Source: a virus
Length of the DNA stretch: 64,000 nucleotides
Reading direction: 5' to 3' (one strand)
Virus record (IMG/VR): IMGVR_UViG_3300009502_001749
Coordinates: 1 to 64,000 of that record
In this document: piece by piece, positions 50,594 to 60,648 of the stretch
How the letters are laid out: each line of letters opens with the position of its first letter
Position numbering within the stretch: position 1 is the first letter of the stretch
Translations under genes and position numbers: made by a program
The notes under the pieces: model-generated
Told to the model about the DNA's origin: nothing
The model's database searches: none
What the model saw: the letters and a program-made list of their open reading frames with translations, nothing else

Positions 50594-53500
50594 ATGCCTA
50601 ATTATGCAAATCCTCATTTAGGATTAAATGATAATTTATTAAAGATGCAATTAAAGGCACAAGCTGCCGCTAGAGATTCAGAACAACAAAAAGGTGCTTA
50701 TACGAGACAAGGATATAATGAAGGTGGAATGACTGCCGCTAATGAAATGATTTATCGGCAGTTTCAGAAAAATATTGGTAAAGTTCAGGGTAATAAAGCT
50801 TTTATGGCTGCTTCAATTGCTTTACCAATGGCAGTAGATTATTCAAAAGATATTAGTAAGTTGATTGGTAAAATAAGCGGAAAAGAATTATCAACAAATA
50901 TTGCAGAAACGATGGGTAAAATGGGAGCAATGTTTTATCTTATGCCATCAGCAATGAGTAAAGTTCTTCAATCTAAAAGGGATTCTTTTGAAAAGAATTT
51001 TTCAAGAGAACTTGGTAAAGTTGGAACTGCTTATAAAGTTCTTAATCTTTTGAATCTTATGAGATATCCAATGAGAACTTTACCAGCAGGTTTAGCAATG
51101 TTAGCTGGATTTTCTGGTAAAGGTGTAGGAATAAGACCAGAACAGATTATGGCTGGATTAGGTTTAGCAACTGGAGCTTATAAAGGTGCAAAAGCTGCTG
51201 CTGGATATGGTATTGGAGCTGCTGGTGGACTAGTTAATAAAGTAACTGGTGGAGCAGCTGGAAGAACAGTTGATGCTGTTACTGGAACACAACTTGGTGG
51301 AGCTTCTGCTGGATTAATAAAGAAAGTTTTTGGAGGAGTAGATTCAAAAATTTTATCAATACTTGGTTCACCAATGGGTCTTTCTTTAGCTCTTGCCGGT
51401 GCAACAGTAGGATTATCGATATTGAAATCTATTAAACTGTCAAGATTATTACCATCTAGAAAATCTCCAATGAATTTAGAAAGACAATATTCTGATAGTT
51501 TAGCTTTCGATTCTGTTTTAAATAATTTAACTTCAAGACTTGCTTCTGGTACAATAAAAACAGATCAAGGTATATTAGAATCTAATTTAATAATTGCTCA
51601 AGCATCAATACTTACTGAAAGACATACAAGTCTATTGAGATTAATGGCAGTTGAAACAGAATATAAGAGTCAAGAACGTGAAAAACAAGGTCGTTCATAT
51701 AGTATTGATGTACTTGGTCAAGATCCAGCTGGAATGATTTCACAAGGATTAAATGCAATAACAGGACGTTTACATCATACGATTGCAAAATATGATCCGA
51801 TAACACAAATGTTAAACTTCATATTTTCCGGTGGTAAATTAAGACCAATGGGAGAATTAGGAAGACTCGAAAAAACATATGGTATTGGGATGTATGGAAA
51901 AATTGTAAAAGGTCATGCTAGTAATTTTGGTTTAAGTATGTCAGATGCTAGATTAACAACTATAAATTCAGATGAAGTATTACGTATGGGAATAAGTCAT
52001 GAAGATAGAATGGAAAAATTAGGTCAATGGCAAGGAGATCTCTTAAAAGGAATATATACTGAAAATATAACTCTTCGTACTGGTTTTGGTTTTAAGAAAA
52101 ATGTTTTTACTATACCACATGAAAATTTAATGAAATTTCTCAGAGGAATAAATCCTCTTAACTTACCAGGTATTCATGCTATAAGTAGTTTAGTTCAAGC
52201 CCCATTTAGAGCTGTTAATGCAGTTAGTAGAGGTATTACAAATACAATTGGTTTACATCGTGGACCTGGTGGAATTCTTGGTGCAGTAAAAAATATGTTA
52301 AGACCAGGTGGACCAGATCAATTAGCATTAGGCGGTCCTGGTGGTCCTGCTTTACCAGTTAGAATAATGGGTAAAGGTGGTCCATTTAAGAAATTTTCCC
52401 CTTTCATTGCTGGAGATCAAGGTCCAGAATTGATTTTTCCTAAAAATGATGGAAGAGTTGCTCCACATCGGGAAGTTAGAAATAATCTCGCAAAAGCTTT
52501 ATTTTTAAGAAACAGAACTCTTTCTCAAGAACTTAATGAAGTTTCAGTTGGAAAAGAAAAAGCTGCAACAACTAAACATCAAGGTGATGTTAGTGAATTA
52601 GTAAAATACATGAAACAAGAGAGAACTGCAGGAGCTATTAAAGGTATTATTGGTGGAGCTGGTGGATTAGTTTATAGAGGTGCTGATAAAGCATTTTCTG
52701 CCGGTAAAGGTTTCTTATCATCTGGATTAGGTTTTATTGGTGATATTTTTAAAGGTTTATTAAATTTTGTTGTTCACAATCCTTTATTAACAATTGCAGG
52801 TGGTTTAATAACTTACATAGTTCCAACTTTAATTAAAAAATTAACAGATAAATTCAGTATCAATTGGGATGCTATTCAAGGTAAAATTGGCGACATGATG
52901 AAAGGAGCATTAGATCTATCAAATACTCCTATCGGCAAATATGCTTCTATTGGTTTTGCTATGGGTATTCCTTATGGTGTAACTCCAGGTATTATGGGAG
53001 CTATGGTTGGTGGTGGTCTTGGTGGATTTATTACATTAATGGCAAAAATTAAAGAGAAAGATCCTGATAACATCTGGAAGAAACTACTTGAAGGTGGAAT
53101 GTTAGAGAAAGTTGAACAAGGTGGTTTTGCTTTAGGCGGTGCATTATTAGGATTAAAATTAGGTACAATGGTAGGTGGACCAATTGGTGGTATCGCTGGA
53201 AGTTTACTTGGTGGTGGATTAGCTTGGTATCTCTCACTTTTAAAACAAGATAAAGTAAAACCTGGGTGGGAAGGATTTAAAGAAGTTGCAACTGCTATTT
53301 GGGAAACTGCAAAAATTAATCTTGAAGCTAATCCAATAATTGGTAGACTTGCTGGAATAGGTTTTCTAGCTGGTGTTCCTTTTGGCTTACCAGGTATGAT
53401 TGCTGGAAGTTTACTTGGTGGTGGTCTTGGAGTTTATTTATCATTTTTTAGAACACCTGAAGAAAAAGAGAAAGATGATATATGGAAAAAATTATCAAAT

Positions 53501-55279
53501 CCAAATTCTGAATTAGTAAAAGAAATTGGTGGTATAGCTGGTGGAGTTGCTGGTTTTTCTATTGGAGCTAGTTTTGGTCCAATTGGGGCTATTTTAGGTA
53601 CAACAATTGGTTATTATATTGGAAGTATGGGTCTTATTGGTCAAATGTTTGATAAAGAAAAAGGTGGAGTAAGTGGAGTTTTAGGAAGGGTTATTATACA
53701 ACTTGGTAAAGATGCGTTTAAATTATCAGGTGAACATCCAGTTTATTCTGCTATGGGTGGTGCTTTAGCAGGATTAACTGTAACATTACCATTATTAACA
53801 GTTAATCCAATGATACCTATATATGGTGCACTTACAGGTATGCTTATTGGGGTATTATTCAGTTCAATAAGTGAAATGGTTAGTTTATTTGATAAAGATA
53901 AAGATTGGAAAGATGTAATTTGGACAGTTACTAAATCTATGGCAAGAGGTGTATTTGGTTTACCTGCAACAATAGCTACAAGTGGTTTAGAACGTTATTT
54001 TAAAAATCCACCTAACACTTCTACAACATCAGAAACACCAAAAAGAACTGGTACTTCAGGAGAGTTCAATACTGATCCAATAAAAGAATTATCAGGTAGA
54101 ACACCTAATATAGTTGGACCAGGATCTGGTGGAAATTTAACAAAAGAAGAACAAGATGCAGTAATAAAAGATGCATCTTTAAAAACTGGAGTTCCAATAC
54201 CAATATTACAAGGATTGATTACAACAGAAAGTGGTGGATTAAATAAACAAAATATAGCAGGAAGTCGTGCTTATGGTCCTATGCAAATAATGCCAGGAAC
54301 ATTTGCAGCTCTTAGAGGTCCAGCTGCAAGTTATGGTATTGATCTTACAGCAGATGGTTTAAAAGATCCAGTTCAAAATATATATGCTGGAGCTGTGTTT
54401 GCTGCTAGAAATATAGAAAGATTTAAAAAAATGGGTATAACAGATCCCACAGCTACTGATATGTATATTTCACATTGGTTAGGTCCAGGAGATACACCAA
54501 AATTTTATAACGCATATAAAGAAAATCCAAATCAATTAACATCTAAAATATTACCTAATATAATTGATAAAAATGAACCATATTTTTATTTTGATGAAAA
54601 AAATAAAACTGGCTCTAAATATGATGATAGAAATAAAAAATATCCTATGTCATTACAACAAACTATGAATAAAATTTCTAGTTTAAAAGGTATTAAAACT
54701 GCAACATTAAATACTAATAGTGGTATAGGAACTTCAGATGTTACACCTGTCACAGGTGGATCCGTTGGTGGTTCATTGATGAGTCAAAATTCCCCAAATA
54801 ATTTAGTAGCAAAAGATGATATTGATCTTGAGAGAAAATTAGCTGTGTTAGGAGCATTATATGAAACTGATTATGCTAAAGCAAAAGATGAAATTGATAA
54901 AGTAAAATTAAAAGAAGAATATTTTACAAATGTTCAAAAATTAGTTAATTCTGTTCCTAAACAAACAACAAAATCTTTACCAGAAAAACTTGGAGGAGCA
55001 CTTTCAGCTTTTGGAAAACTTTTCTCTGGAGAAATGTCTCTTGATCAAGTTAAAGAATCATTATCAAAAGCATTTGCTCTTACAGCTGAAGTTGCAAAAG
55101 AAACAAAAGAAGCTGTCGCTTCAACTGCAAGTAATGTAACTAATAATTCTTCAAGTAGTTCTAATGTGTCACCAACAACACAACTTGGTGATACTTCATT
55201 TGAGTCAATGTGTAAAGAATTATTCAGCACAGTCATAAAAGAATTTAAAAATTCTTCAATACTTTATGCAGGTTTATAA
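50594..55279 (+). CDS. Tape-measure-like protein with C-terminal lytic transglycosylase (SLT) domain
   Basis: Gly/Ala-rich amphipathic repeats; LITTESGG..AYGPMQIMPGT..DPVQNIYAGA. Confidence 0.75.
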   Translation: MPNYANPHLGLNDNLLKMQLKAQAAARDSEQQKGAYTRQGYNEGGMTAANEMIYRQFQKNIGKVQGNKAFMAASIALPMAVDYSKDISKLIGKISGKELSTNIAETMGKMGAMFYLMPSAMSKVLQSKRDSFEKNFSRELGKVGTAYKVLNLLNLMRYPMRTLPAGLAMLAGFSGKGVGIRPEQIMAGLGLATGAYKGAKAAAGYGIGAAGGLVNKVTGGAAGRTVDAVTGTQLGGASAGLIKKVFGGVDSKILSILGSPMGLSLALAGATVGLSILKSIKLSRLLPSRKSPMNLERQYSDSLAFDSVLNNLTSRLASGTIKTDQGILESNLIIAQASILTERHTSLLRLMAVETEYKSQEREKQGRSYSIDVLGQDPAGMISQGLNAITGRLHHTIAKYDPITQMLNFIFSGGKLRPMGELGRLEKTYGIGMYGKIVKGHASNFGLSMSDARLTTINSDEVLRMGISHEDRMEKLGQWQGDLLKGIYTENITLRTGFGFKKNVFTIPHENLMKFLRGINPLNLPGIHAISSLVQAPFRAVNAVSRGITNTIGLHRGPGGILGAVKNMLRPGGPDQLALGGPGGPALPVRIMGKGGPFKKFSPFIAGDQGPELIFPKNDGRVAPHREVRNNLAKALFLRNRTLSQELNEVSVGKEKAATTKHQGDVSELVKYMKQERTAGAIKGIIGGAGGLVYRGADKAFSAGKGFLSSGLGFIGDIFKGLLNFVVHNPLLTIAGGLITYIVPTLIKKLTDKFSINWDAIQGKIGDMMKGALDLSNTPIGKYASIGFAMGIPYGVTPGIMGAMVGGGLGGFITLMAKIKEKDPDNIWKKLLEGGMLEKVEQGGFALGGALLGLKLGTMVGGPIGGIAGSLLGGGLAWYLSLLKQDKVKPGWEGFKEVATAIWETAKINLEANPIIGRLAGIGFLAGVPFGLPGMIAGSLLGGGLGVYLSFFRTPEEKEKDDIWKKLSNPNSELVKEIGGIAGGVAGFSIGASFGPIGAILGTTIGYYIGSMGLIGQMFDKEKGGVSGVLGRVIIQLGKDAFKLSGEHPVYSAMGGALAGLTVTLPLLTVNPMIPIYGALTGMLIGVLFSSISEMVSLFDKDKDWKDVIWTVTKSMARGVFGLPATIATSGLERYFKNPPNTSTTSETPKRTGTSGEFNTDPIKELSGRTPNIVGPGSGGNLTKEEQDAVIKDASLKTGVPIPILQGLITTESGGLNKQNIAGSRAYGPMQIMPGTFAALRGPAASYGIDLTADGLKDPVQNIYAGAVFAARNIERFKKMGITDPTATDMYISHWLGPGDTPKFYNAYKENPNQLTSKILPNIIDKNEPYFYFDEKNKTGSKYDDRNKKYPMSLQQTMNKISSLKGIKTATLNTNSGIGTSDVTPVTGGSVGGSLMSQNSPNNLVAKDDIDLERKLAVLGALYETDYAKAKDEIDKVKLKEEYFTNVQKLVNSVPKQTTKSLPEKLGGALSAFGKLFSGEMSLDQVKESLSKAFALTAEVAKETKEAVASTASNVTNNSSSSSNVSPTTQLGDTSFESMCKELFSTVIKEFKNSSILYAGL

Positions 55280-55283
55280 AACA

Positions 55284-55324
55284 AATTATCGGCAAGATCT
55301 TTAAATTAGATCTTGCCGATAATT
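55284..55324. repeat. Conserved intergenic palindrome, copy 5
   Basis: AATTATCGGCAAGATCT-TTAAATT-AGATCTTGCCGATAATT. Confidence 0.9.
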
Positions 55325-55345
55325 ATTAGTAGGAGGCGAAAAAAG

Positions 55346-57595
55346 ATGTCAATTGAAAAAATTGTAAATAAAATTTTACCAACTGCAGTTGCAGCAGCAG
55401 CTTTAACTAAAACTGTTACTAATCTATCTGATATGAAATTTATTAATAATGAATTTTTACCCGGAATATCTGCGGTAACTGGTTTAAAATTAGGTCCTAT
55501 TCCAAATTTAAGTGATTTAGCTAAAAATGCTATGGGTTCTGTATCAGATATGTTTGGTTCAGCTAAAGATGCAGTAGGAAATATGTTTGGATCATCCAAA
55601 TCTGATATAATAAAAGAAGATGCAATACATACTTTAGATGAAAGTGTTGGTATGGCTGCTTCTCCAGAAAGTATATGTTGCAATACAATTCCAGTAGATG
55701 AAGCTGTAAAAACAACAGGTGATAGTTTTGGTGGTAATTTTGCTGCTGCGGCAACAAAATCAACATTTTTAGATTCAAATCTTTTACCAGAATTACCTGA
55801 TAATTTAAAGACAATAGAACCTCAATCTTTTGGTGATCTTGGTAGTGATTATGATTCTGCTCCAGAAGGTTATAATCCTTCTTATGAAGGTGAATGGACA
55901 GAACCATCATTTGGTGAATTAGGTAGTGATTATGATTCTCCTTCTTGGGATGAAAATGCTTATGAAGCTCCTCCAGAAGGTTATAATCCTTCTTATGAAG
56001 GTGAATGGTATGAAGATGATTTTAGTATGTTAGGTAGTGATTATGAAGCTCCTCCTCCAGATTTTAGCGAACTTGGAAGTGATTATGAAACACCTCCTTG
56101 GGATGCAGATGCTTATGAAGCTAGTCCTAATTGTATAGGAAATAGTATAGATTCTGGTGAAGAATCAATAACAGACTTTGATTCTCCAAGTGGTGGCGGT
56201 TCAATGCCAACTGGTAGTAGTCTATATGTTATTGGTAAACCAGTAGGATTTAATGAATCTATAGATCCAGGTGGAAGACTTAGTAATTATATTAAATCAA
56301 AAATGAGTGTTATTGATCTTATTCCATGTGATTATAAATTAGATTTTACAAAAATGAAAGAACAAAGTATGGAAGGAGGTAATCCTGTTGGTGATGGACT
56401 TTACACAATAAAATATGATGAAAAAGTTAAAATATATCAAAGGCTCCAGAGACATTATGGATTAGATTCTGGAGATTCTGCAAAATCTGGAGTAAGATTA
56501 TATACAACGGACGATACAACTTCAGTTGATAATTTTAGCATTCAATATAAACCAAATATATTTCAAGGTCCAATTGATAAACTTGGTGATGCTACAAGAT
56601 CATTAGCTGATTTTATGAATTCTGTGGATAGTACTTGGCAAGCAACTGCTAATAAAAAAGTTTCAGAAGGTATTGATTGGTTAAAAACGAAAATGGGAAA
56701 TAATAATGCTACTAATGCAGCAGGAGCTTTTTTAGAAACTGCAATAACTTCTATTGTGAAAGGTAATAGAGTTTCATTTCCTAAAATTTGGCAGAATACA
56801 TCTTATAATAATACACTATCAACTGTTATTAAATTAGTATCTCCATATGGTCATCCTAAAGCTGTTTATGAGTTTATAATTAAACCATTAACATATTTAA
56901 TTTTATTAGCTTCTCCACAAACAATAGATGGTTTTACATATGGTGGTTCGATACCATTAACAATAAAAGCATATGGTATGAATCATACAACTTTAGGAAC
57001 AATTAGTAATATAACAGCTCGACGCGGTGGAAATGACACAAGTTTTAATGTTTATCGGCAACCTTTATCTATTGATGTTAGTATAACTTTTGAAACATTA
57101 TTTGACGGTTTTGCCGCTTACTTACCAAATGGAAGCGGACAAGGAATAGATGAAATGTTTTCAGCTAAAGATGGTACATTAACAGGTCAATCTGGTCCTG
57201 GAAATGAATTATATCAAAAGACACCAAGAACACCTTTAATGACTGTTGGAAAAGTGCTTGAATCATTAAAACCAATAAAAATTGTTGAAGGTAATTTTGA
57301 TACATATGGTTCTATGAATAGACCTTCAAGAATAAATGCTCCTGGTGCTGGTGGTTTAGGAGATCTTAATCGTTCTCTTGGAAATATTTCTTCTGGTGTA
57401 TCAACAGCAACAAATACAGTTGGAGATTTTTTAGGAATGTCTAATCTTTCAGAATTTACAACTGCAAAAAAATCAATCACAGGTGTTATAAATTCAGTAA
57501 CAGGTTGGGTTGGAGAGAGAACAAAAGATGTATCTGTAGGAGATGCAGCAAAAGAAAAAATATTTGGAAATATGGGAATTAACTTAAAAATGTGA
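55346..57595 (+). CDS. Putative baseplate/tail-hub protein with acidic repeat region
   Basis: AGGAGG before ATG 55346; FPKIWQNTSY..IKLVSPYG..RRGG..PLSIDVSITF tube-like domain; follows tape measure. Confidence 0.5.
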   Translation: MSIEKIVNKILPTAVAAAALTKTVTNLSDMKFINNEFLPGISAVTGLKLGPIPNLSDLAKNAMGSVSDMFGSAKDAVGNMFGSSKSDIIKEDAIHTLDESVGMAASPESICCNTIPVDEAVKTTGDSFGGNFAAAATKSTFLDSNLLPELPDNLKTIEPQSFGDLGSDYDSAPEGYNPSYEGEWTEPSFGELGSDYDSPSWDENAYEAPPEGYNPSYEGEWYEDDFSMLGSDYEAPPPDFSELGSDYETPPWDADAYEASPNCIGNSIDSGEESITDFDSPSGGGSMPTGSSLYVIGKPVGFNESIDPGGRLSNYIKSKMSVIDLIPCDYKLDFTKMKEQSMEGGNPVGDGLYTIKYDEKVKIYQRLQRHYGLDSGDSAKSGVRLYTTDDTTSVDNFSIQYKPNIFQGPIDKLGDATRSLADFMNSVDSTWQATANKKVSEGIDWLKTKMGNNNATNAAGAFLETAITSIVKGNRVSFPKIWQNTSYNNTLSTVIKLVSPYGHPKAVYEFIIKPLTYLILLASPQTIDGFTYGGSIPLTIKAYGMNHTTLGTISNITARRGGNDTSFNVYRQPLSIDVSITFETLFDGFAAYLPNGSGQGIDEMFSAKDGTLTGQSGPGNELYQKTPRTPLMTVGKVLESLKPIKIVEGNFDTYGSMNRPSRINAPGAGGLGDLNRSLGNISSGVSTATNTVGDFLGMSNLSEFTTAKKSITGVINSVTGWVGERTKDVSVGDAAKEKIFGNMGINLKM
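55820..56125 (+). repeat. Coding acidic repeats (LGSDY x4; PEGYNPSYEGEW x2)
   Basis: 38-bp exact direct repeat at 55860-55897 and 55971-56008. Confidence 0.8.
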
Positions 57596-57605
57596 GGATA
57601 AAAAG

Positions 57606-59459
57606 ATGAGTGTTTTTGCTAATAATTTTTCAAGTTATTTAAATTATACAGCTAATTATACAAATAGATTGACCAATTTAGAATCTATTTTTAAAGAAGC
57701 ATATGAAACAGTTAAAGATCCAAATTTTATTTCAGTTGATTTTTTAGATAAAATTGGTCAGTTTCCGAAATTTCCATATTTTATGAGTATCATGTCAAAA
57801 ACAAATTATTTAAAAATACCAAATATTTATAATGTTTCATTAGATAGACCTGAAAGTTTACTTACAACTATGTTAGAATCAAATATAACTTATTTGAAAT
57901 CAGATTATGATACAGTTCCTAATGAGATTGAAAATATTTTAAGACATGCAAATTTTCAATATACTTATCTAAGTACTGTTAATCAAATTTATGATGTGAA
58001 TAAAACTTGTAAAACAACTAATACAGAAACATCTTATCGTAATTTTTTTACAAATCTTTATTCACAGAAATATTTTAGTGTTGGTTATCCAGTTTCAGCT
58101 GGTTTTGAAAGTAGTTGTTCAATGAACGAACAAGCTTTAATATCATTATTTTCAAATAATTTATCAGCTTCATGTTCATTAACAACTAATTTATTAAAAT
58201 ATATTTTATATTTTAATGCTTTACAACCAGGTGATTTTGGATATTTTCTTGGGATTGAAGCTCAACAAATTAAAAGTGCAAATTTTCAACAAGCTTTTGA
58301 TTATTTTATTATAAATAATAAAGTTGATATGAGTGGAAATATTATAGATTTAATTTCTAAATCACTTTATAATTATAATAATTTATCTACTAGTTTAAAA
58401 AGTGAACTTACAGTTGTTGTTGAACCTCTCATATTAGGTTTATCACAATACTTTACAGATTATTTAAATTCATTTTCAAATTTTGAACCTAATTTTGATA
58501 TCACTTCAAATTTTATTGATTCTCTATATTATCTTTGTTCTGTTGATTTAACGTCTTTGTGTTTTAAAGATGCTACAATTATGGAACAGGCAAATTCAAA
58601 TATTTTGGCTATTGAAGAAGATGCAAAATTTACATTATATATGAATAAAATTGATTCCATGAATATTCAAGATTATCTCTTTCTTGTTTATCTTTATAAG
58701 TTCTGGCCGCTAAAATTTGTGAATGTTTTACAAATGGTTGTTAAAGAATATATTCAAAATATAATAAAAACAGTAGATATTGAAGATAATGCTTTTGATA
58801 TTTCAGAATTTACAGAATTCATGGGAAGACTTTACGCCGATACATATACACCTTTTGATCCATTACATCCTTTTGTAAACTCTAAAATAAATTATACTGC
58901 TCTTGATACTTTTATTCAATCAATATTTACATTAACTCCAGATAATTATCTTTGGAGAATGGAAAACACAAAAGAAGTTTCTAAATTTGCTTGTGAATTA
59001 TATTATATTCAATTGATAGATAATTTTATGGCAAGTGAATATTATATTGATTTTACAAAAGATTTATTGAAAACTATTTTTGAATATTTACGTGATAATG
59101 GACATGTTAGTTATTTATTTAATTGGTATAATAACCATGAAGTTGTTGATATCTTTATTAAAACATTTTTAAGATATCGAATTTTTAGTGAGGATAGTAA
59201 AGGACCAGGAACAAGATTATTTCATTCTATAACGGCAAATTTTAAAGCAATTTTTGATAGAGTTGTAACAAATACAACTGGCGAACCAGTATATGATATA
59301 TCTATTACTTACAAAACACCACAACAATTAAATGATCAATTTAAAAATTTAGTTGAAGGTGCAACAATTAATAGAATGTATCAATTTAATGAAAATTTAT
59401 ATTTATCAAGTTTGACATGTGAAAGTTTTTATGCAATACTTGGAAAATTCTTTTCATAA
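57606..59459 (+). CDS. Hypothetical (probably virion) protein
   Basis: 617-aa ORF. Confidence 0.55.
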   Translation: MSVFANNFSSYLNYTANYTNRLTNLESIFKEAYETVKDPNFISVDFLDKIGQFPKFPYFMSIMSKTNYLKIPNIYNVSLDRPESLLTTMLESNITYLKSDYDTVPNEIENILRHANFQYTYLSTVNQIYDVNKTCKTTNTETSYRNFFTNLYSQKYFSVGYPVSAGFESSCSMNEQALISLFSNNLSASCSLTTNLLKYILYFNALQPGDFGYFLGIEAQQIKSANFQQAFDYFIINNKVDMSGNIIDLISKSLYNYNNLSTSLKSELTVVVEPLILGLSQYFTDYLNSFSNFEPNFDITSNFIDSLYYLCSVDLTSLCFKDATIMEQANSNILAIEEDAKFTLYMNKIDSMNIQDYLFLVYLYKFWPLKFVNVLQMVVKEYIQNIIKTVDIEDNAFDISEFTEFMGRLYADTYTPFDPLHPFVNSKINYTALDTFIQSIFTLTPDNYLWRMENTKEVSKFACELYYIQLIDNFMASEYYIDFTKDLLKTIFEYLRDNGHVSYLFNWYNNHEVVDIFIKTFLRYRIFSEDSKGPGTRLFHSITANFKAIFDRVVTNTTGEPVYDISITYKTPQQLNDQFKNLVEGATINRMYQFNENLYLSSLTCESFYAILGKFFS

Positions 59460-59474
59460 AAATTCTATTTTTAT

Positions 59475-59482
59475 ATAGAAAT
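59475..59482 (+). promoter_or_regulatory. Putative phage promoter motif ATAGAAAT
   Basis: ATATAGAAAT upstream of the helicase unit. Confidence 0.4.
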
Positions 59483-59503
59483 AATTATTTTAAAGAGGTG
59501 TAT

Positions 59504-59737
59504 ATGATTTCAATTACAAATTTATTTGAAGAAATTTCAGCAGTAGATGATAGAATGAATTATGCTAGTGAAAGAATTGCTACATTACAAAGAGCTTTTA
59601 AAGCTGGAAGAATATCTGCAAAAATTTATCAACAACAATTAAAACAATTCCAACAAGTTAAACGTGGAGTTCCATCGAAAGAAATGCCTGAAAGTGAAAT
59701 TAAAGCAGCAGGCACATATTTAAATACTCAACAATAG
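59504..59737 (+). CDS. Small protein with MISITNLFE leader
   Basis: GAGG before ATG 59504. Confidence 0.6.
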   Translation: MISITNLFEEISAVDDRMNYASERIATLQRAFKAGRISAKIYQQQLKQFQQVKRGVPSKEMPESEIKAAGTYLNTQQ

Positions 59738-59751
59738 TAAAGAGGAGGCGT

Positions 59752-60648
59752 ATGGATTTTGCATCAAACAGTACAAAAAAAGTTGTATCAAATTCTTTAT
59801 TAAAAGCTTTCATATCAAGATATGTTGCAGAAGATTTTTTTACAAATATTGCAAGAATAATTCTTTATCCATCTGATTTTGGTAATTTTATTTCAGATAG
59901 AACAAATTCTGTAATTGATTATATGCAAGAATTTTTAAAGAGTTTATCAATTTTTTCTGGTAAATTACAACTGCAAAATACTAAAGTTGTTAGAAGTCAA
60001 ATTGCTATTTTAAGTTCTTTATTAACAATTAGAGAAACAAGTCCAATTTTATTAACTTATGATAATGTGAATCAACATTTAATGCCAGGACAAGATTTAA
60101 TTGTTACTAAACTTATTCAAAAATGTGTTGATGAAAGAATTACTGATCCTGATGAATTTAGAAAAATTACAGATGAAATTATCAGTACAATTTCTTCTTA
60201 TTATGAAATGATGTCAGCTTCAGATAGTATTACTATGGTTGGGAATCTTTATGATTTGATTAATGAAGGTAATCTTGTGCCGATGGAAACATTAAAAAGT
60301 TATAAAGATGTTATTAATGTTGCATATAACGATTTATCTAAATTACAATCTTTAAGTAAAGCTGAAACAGCTGCAGATTATTTTGTTATTTCAGATGATA
60401 AGTCTTGTGATGCATTATCAAAAACATTAGTTAATTATGTGTCAAAAGGTTTTTCAGTATTTAAAACTGGTTTTGATTTATTTGATAAATATATTAATGG
60501 AATTGAAAGTTCCAGCGTACATTTGATAGGGGCTCCGAGCAACCACGCTAAGAGTTTGTTTACGATTAATCTCTCATATAGAATGATAAAAAATAATCTT
60601 GCCGATTTCGATAAACAAGATTGTATATTATTTGTAACATTAGAAGAT
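59752..60648 (+). CDS. dnaB: DnaB-like replicative helicase, exon 1
   Basis: KTGFDLFDKYING, GAPSNHAKS (variant Walker A), LFVTLE. Confidence 0.8.

Noticed and set aside
55313-55345. ORF-track TTG starts at 55313 and 47704
   Set aside because: They fall within the palindrome or RBS; ATG 55346 and ATG 47725 follow GGAGG
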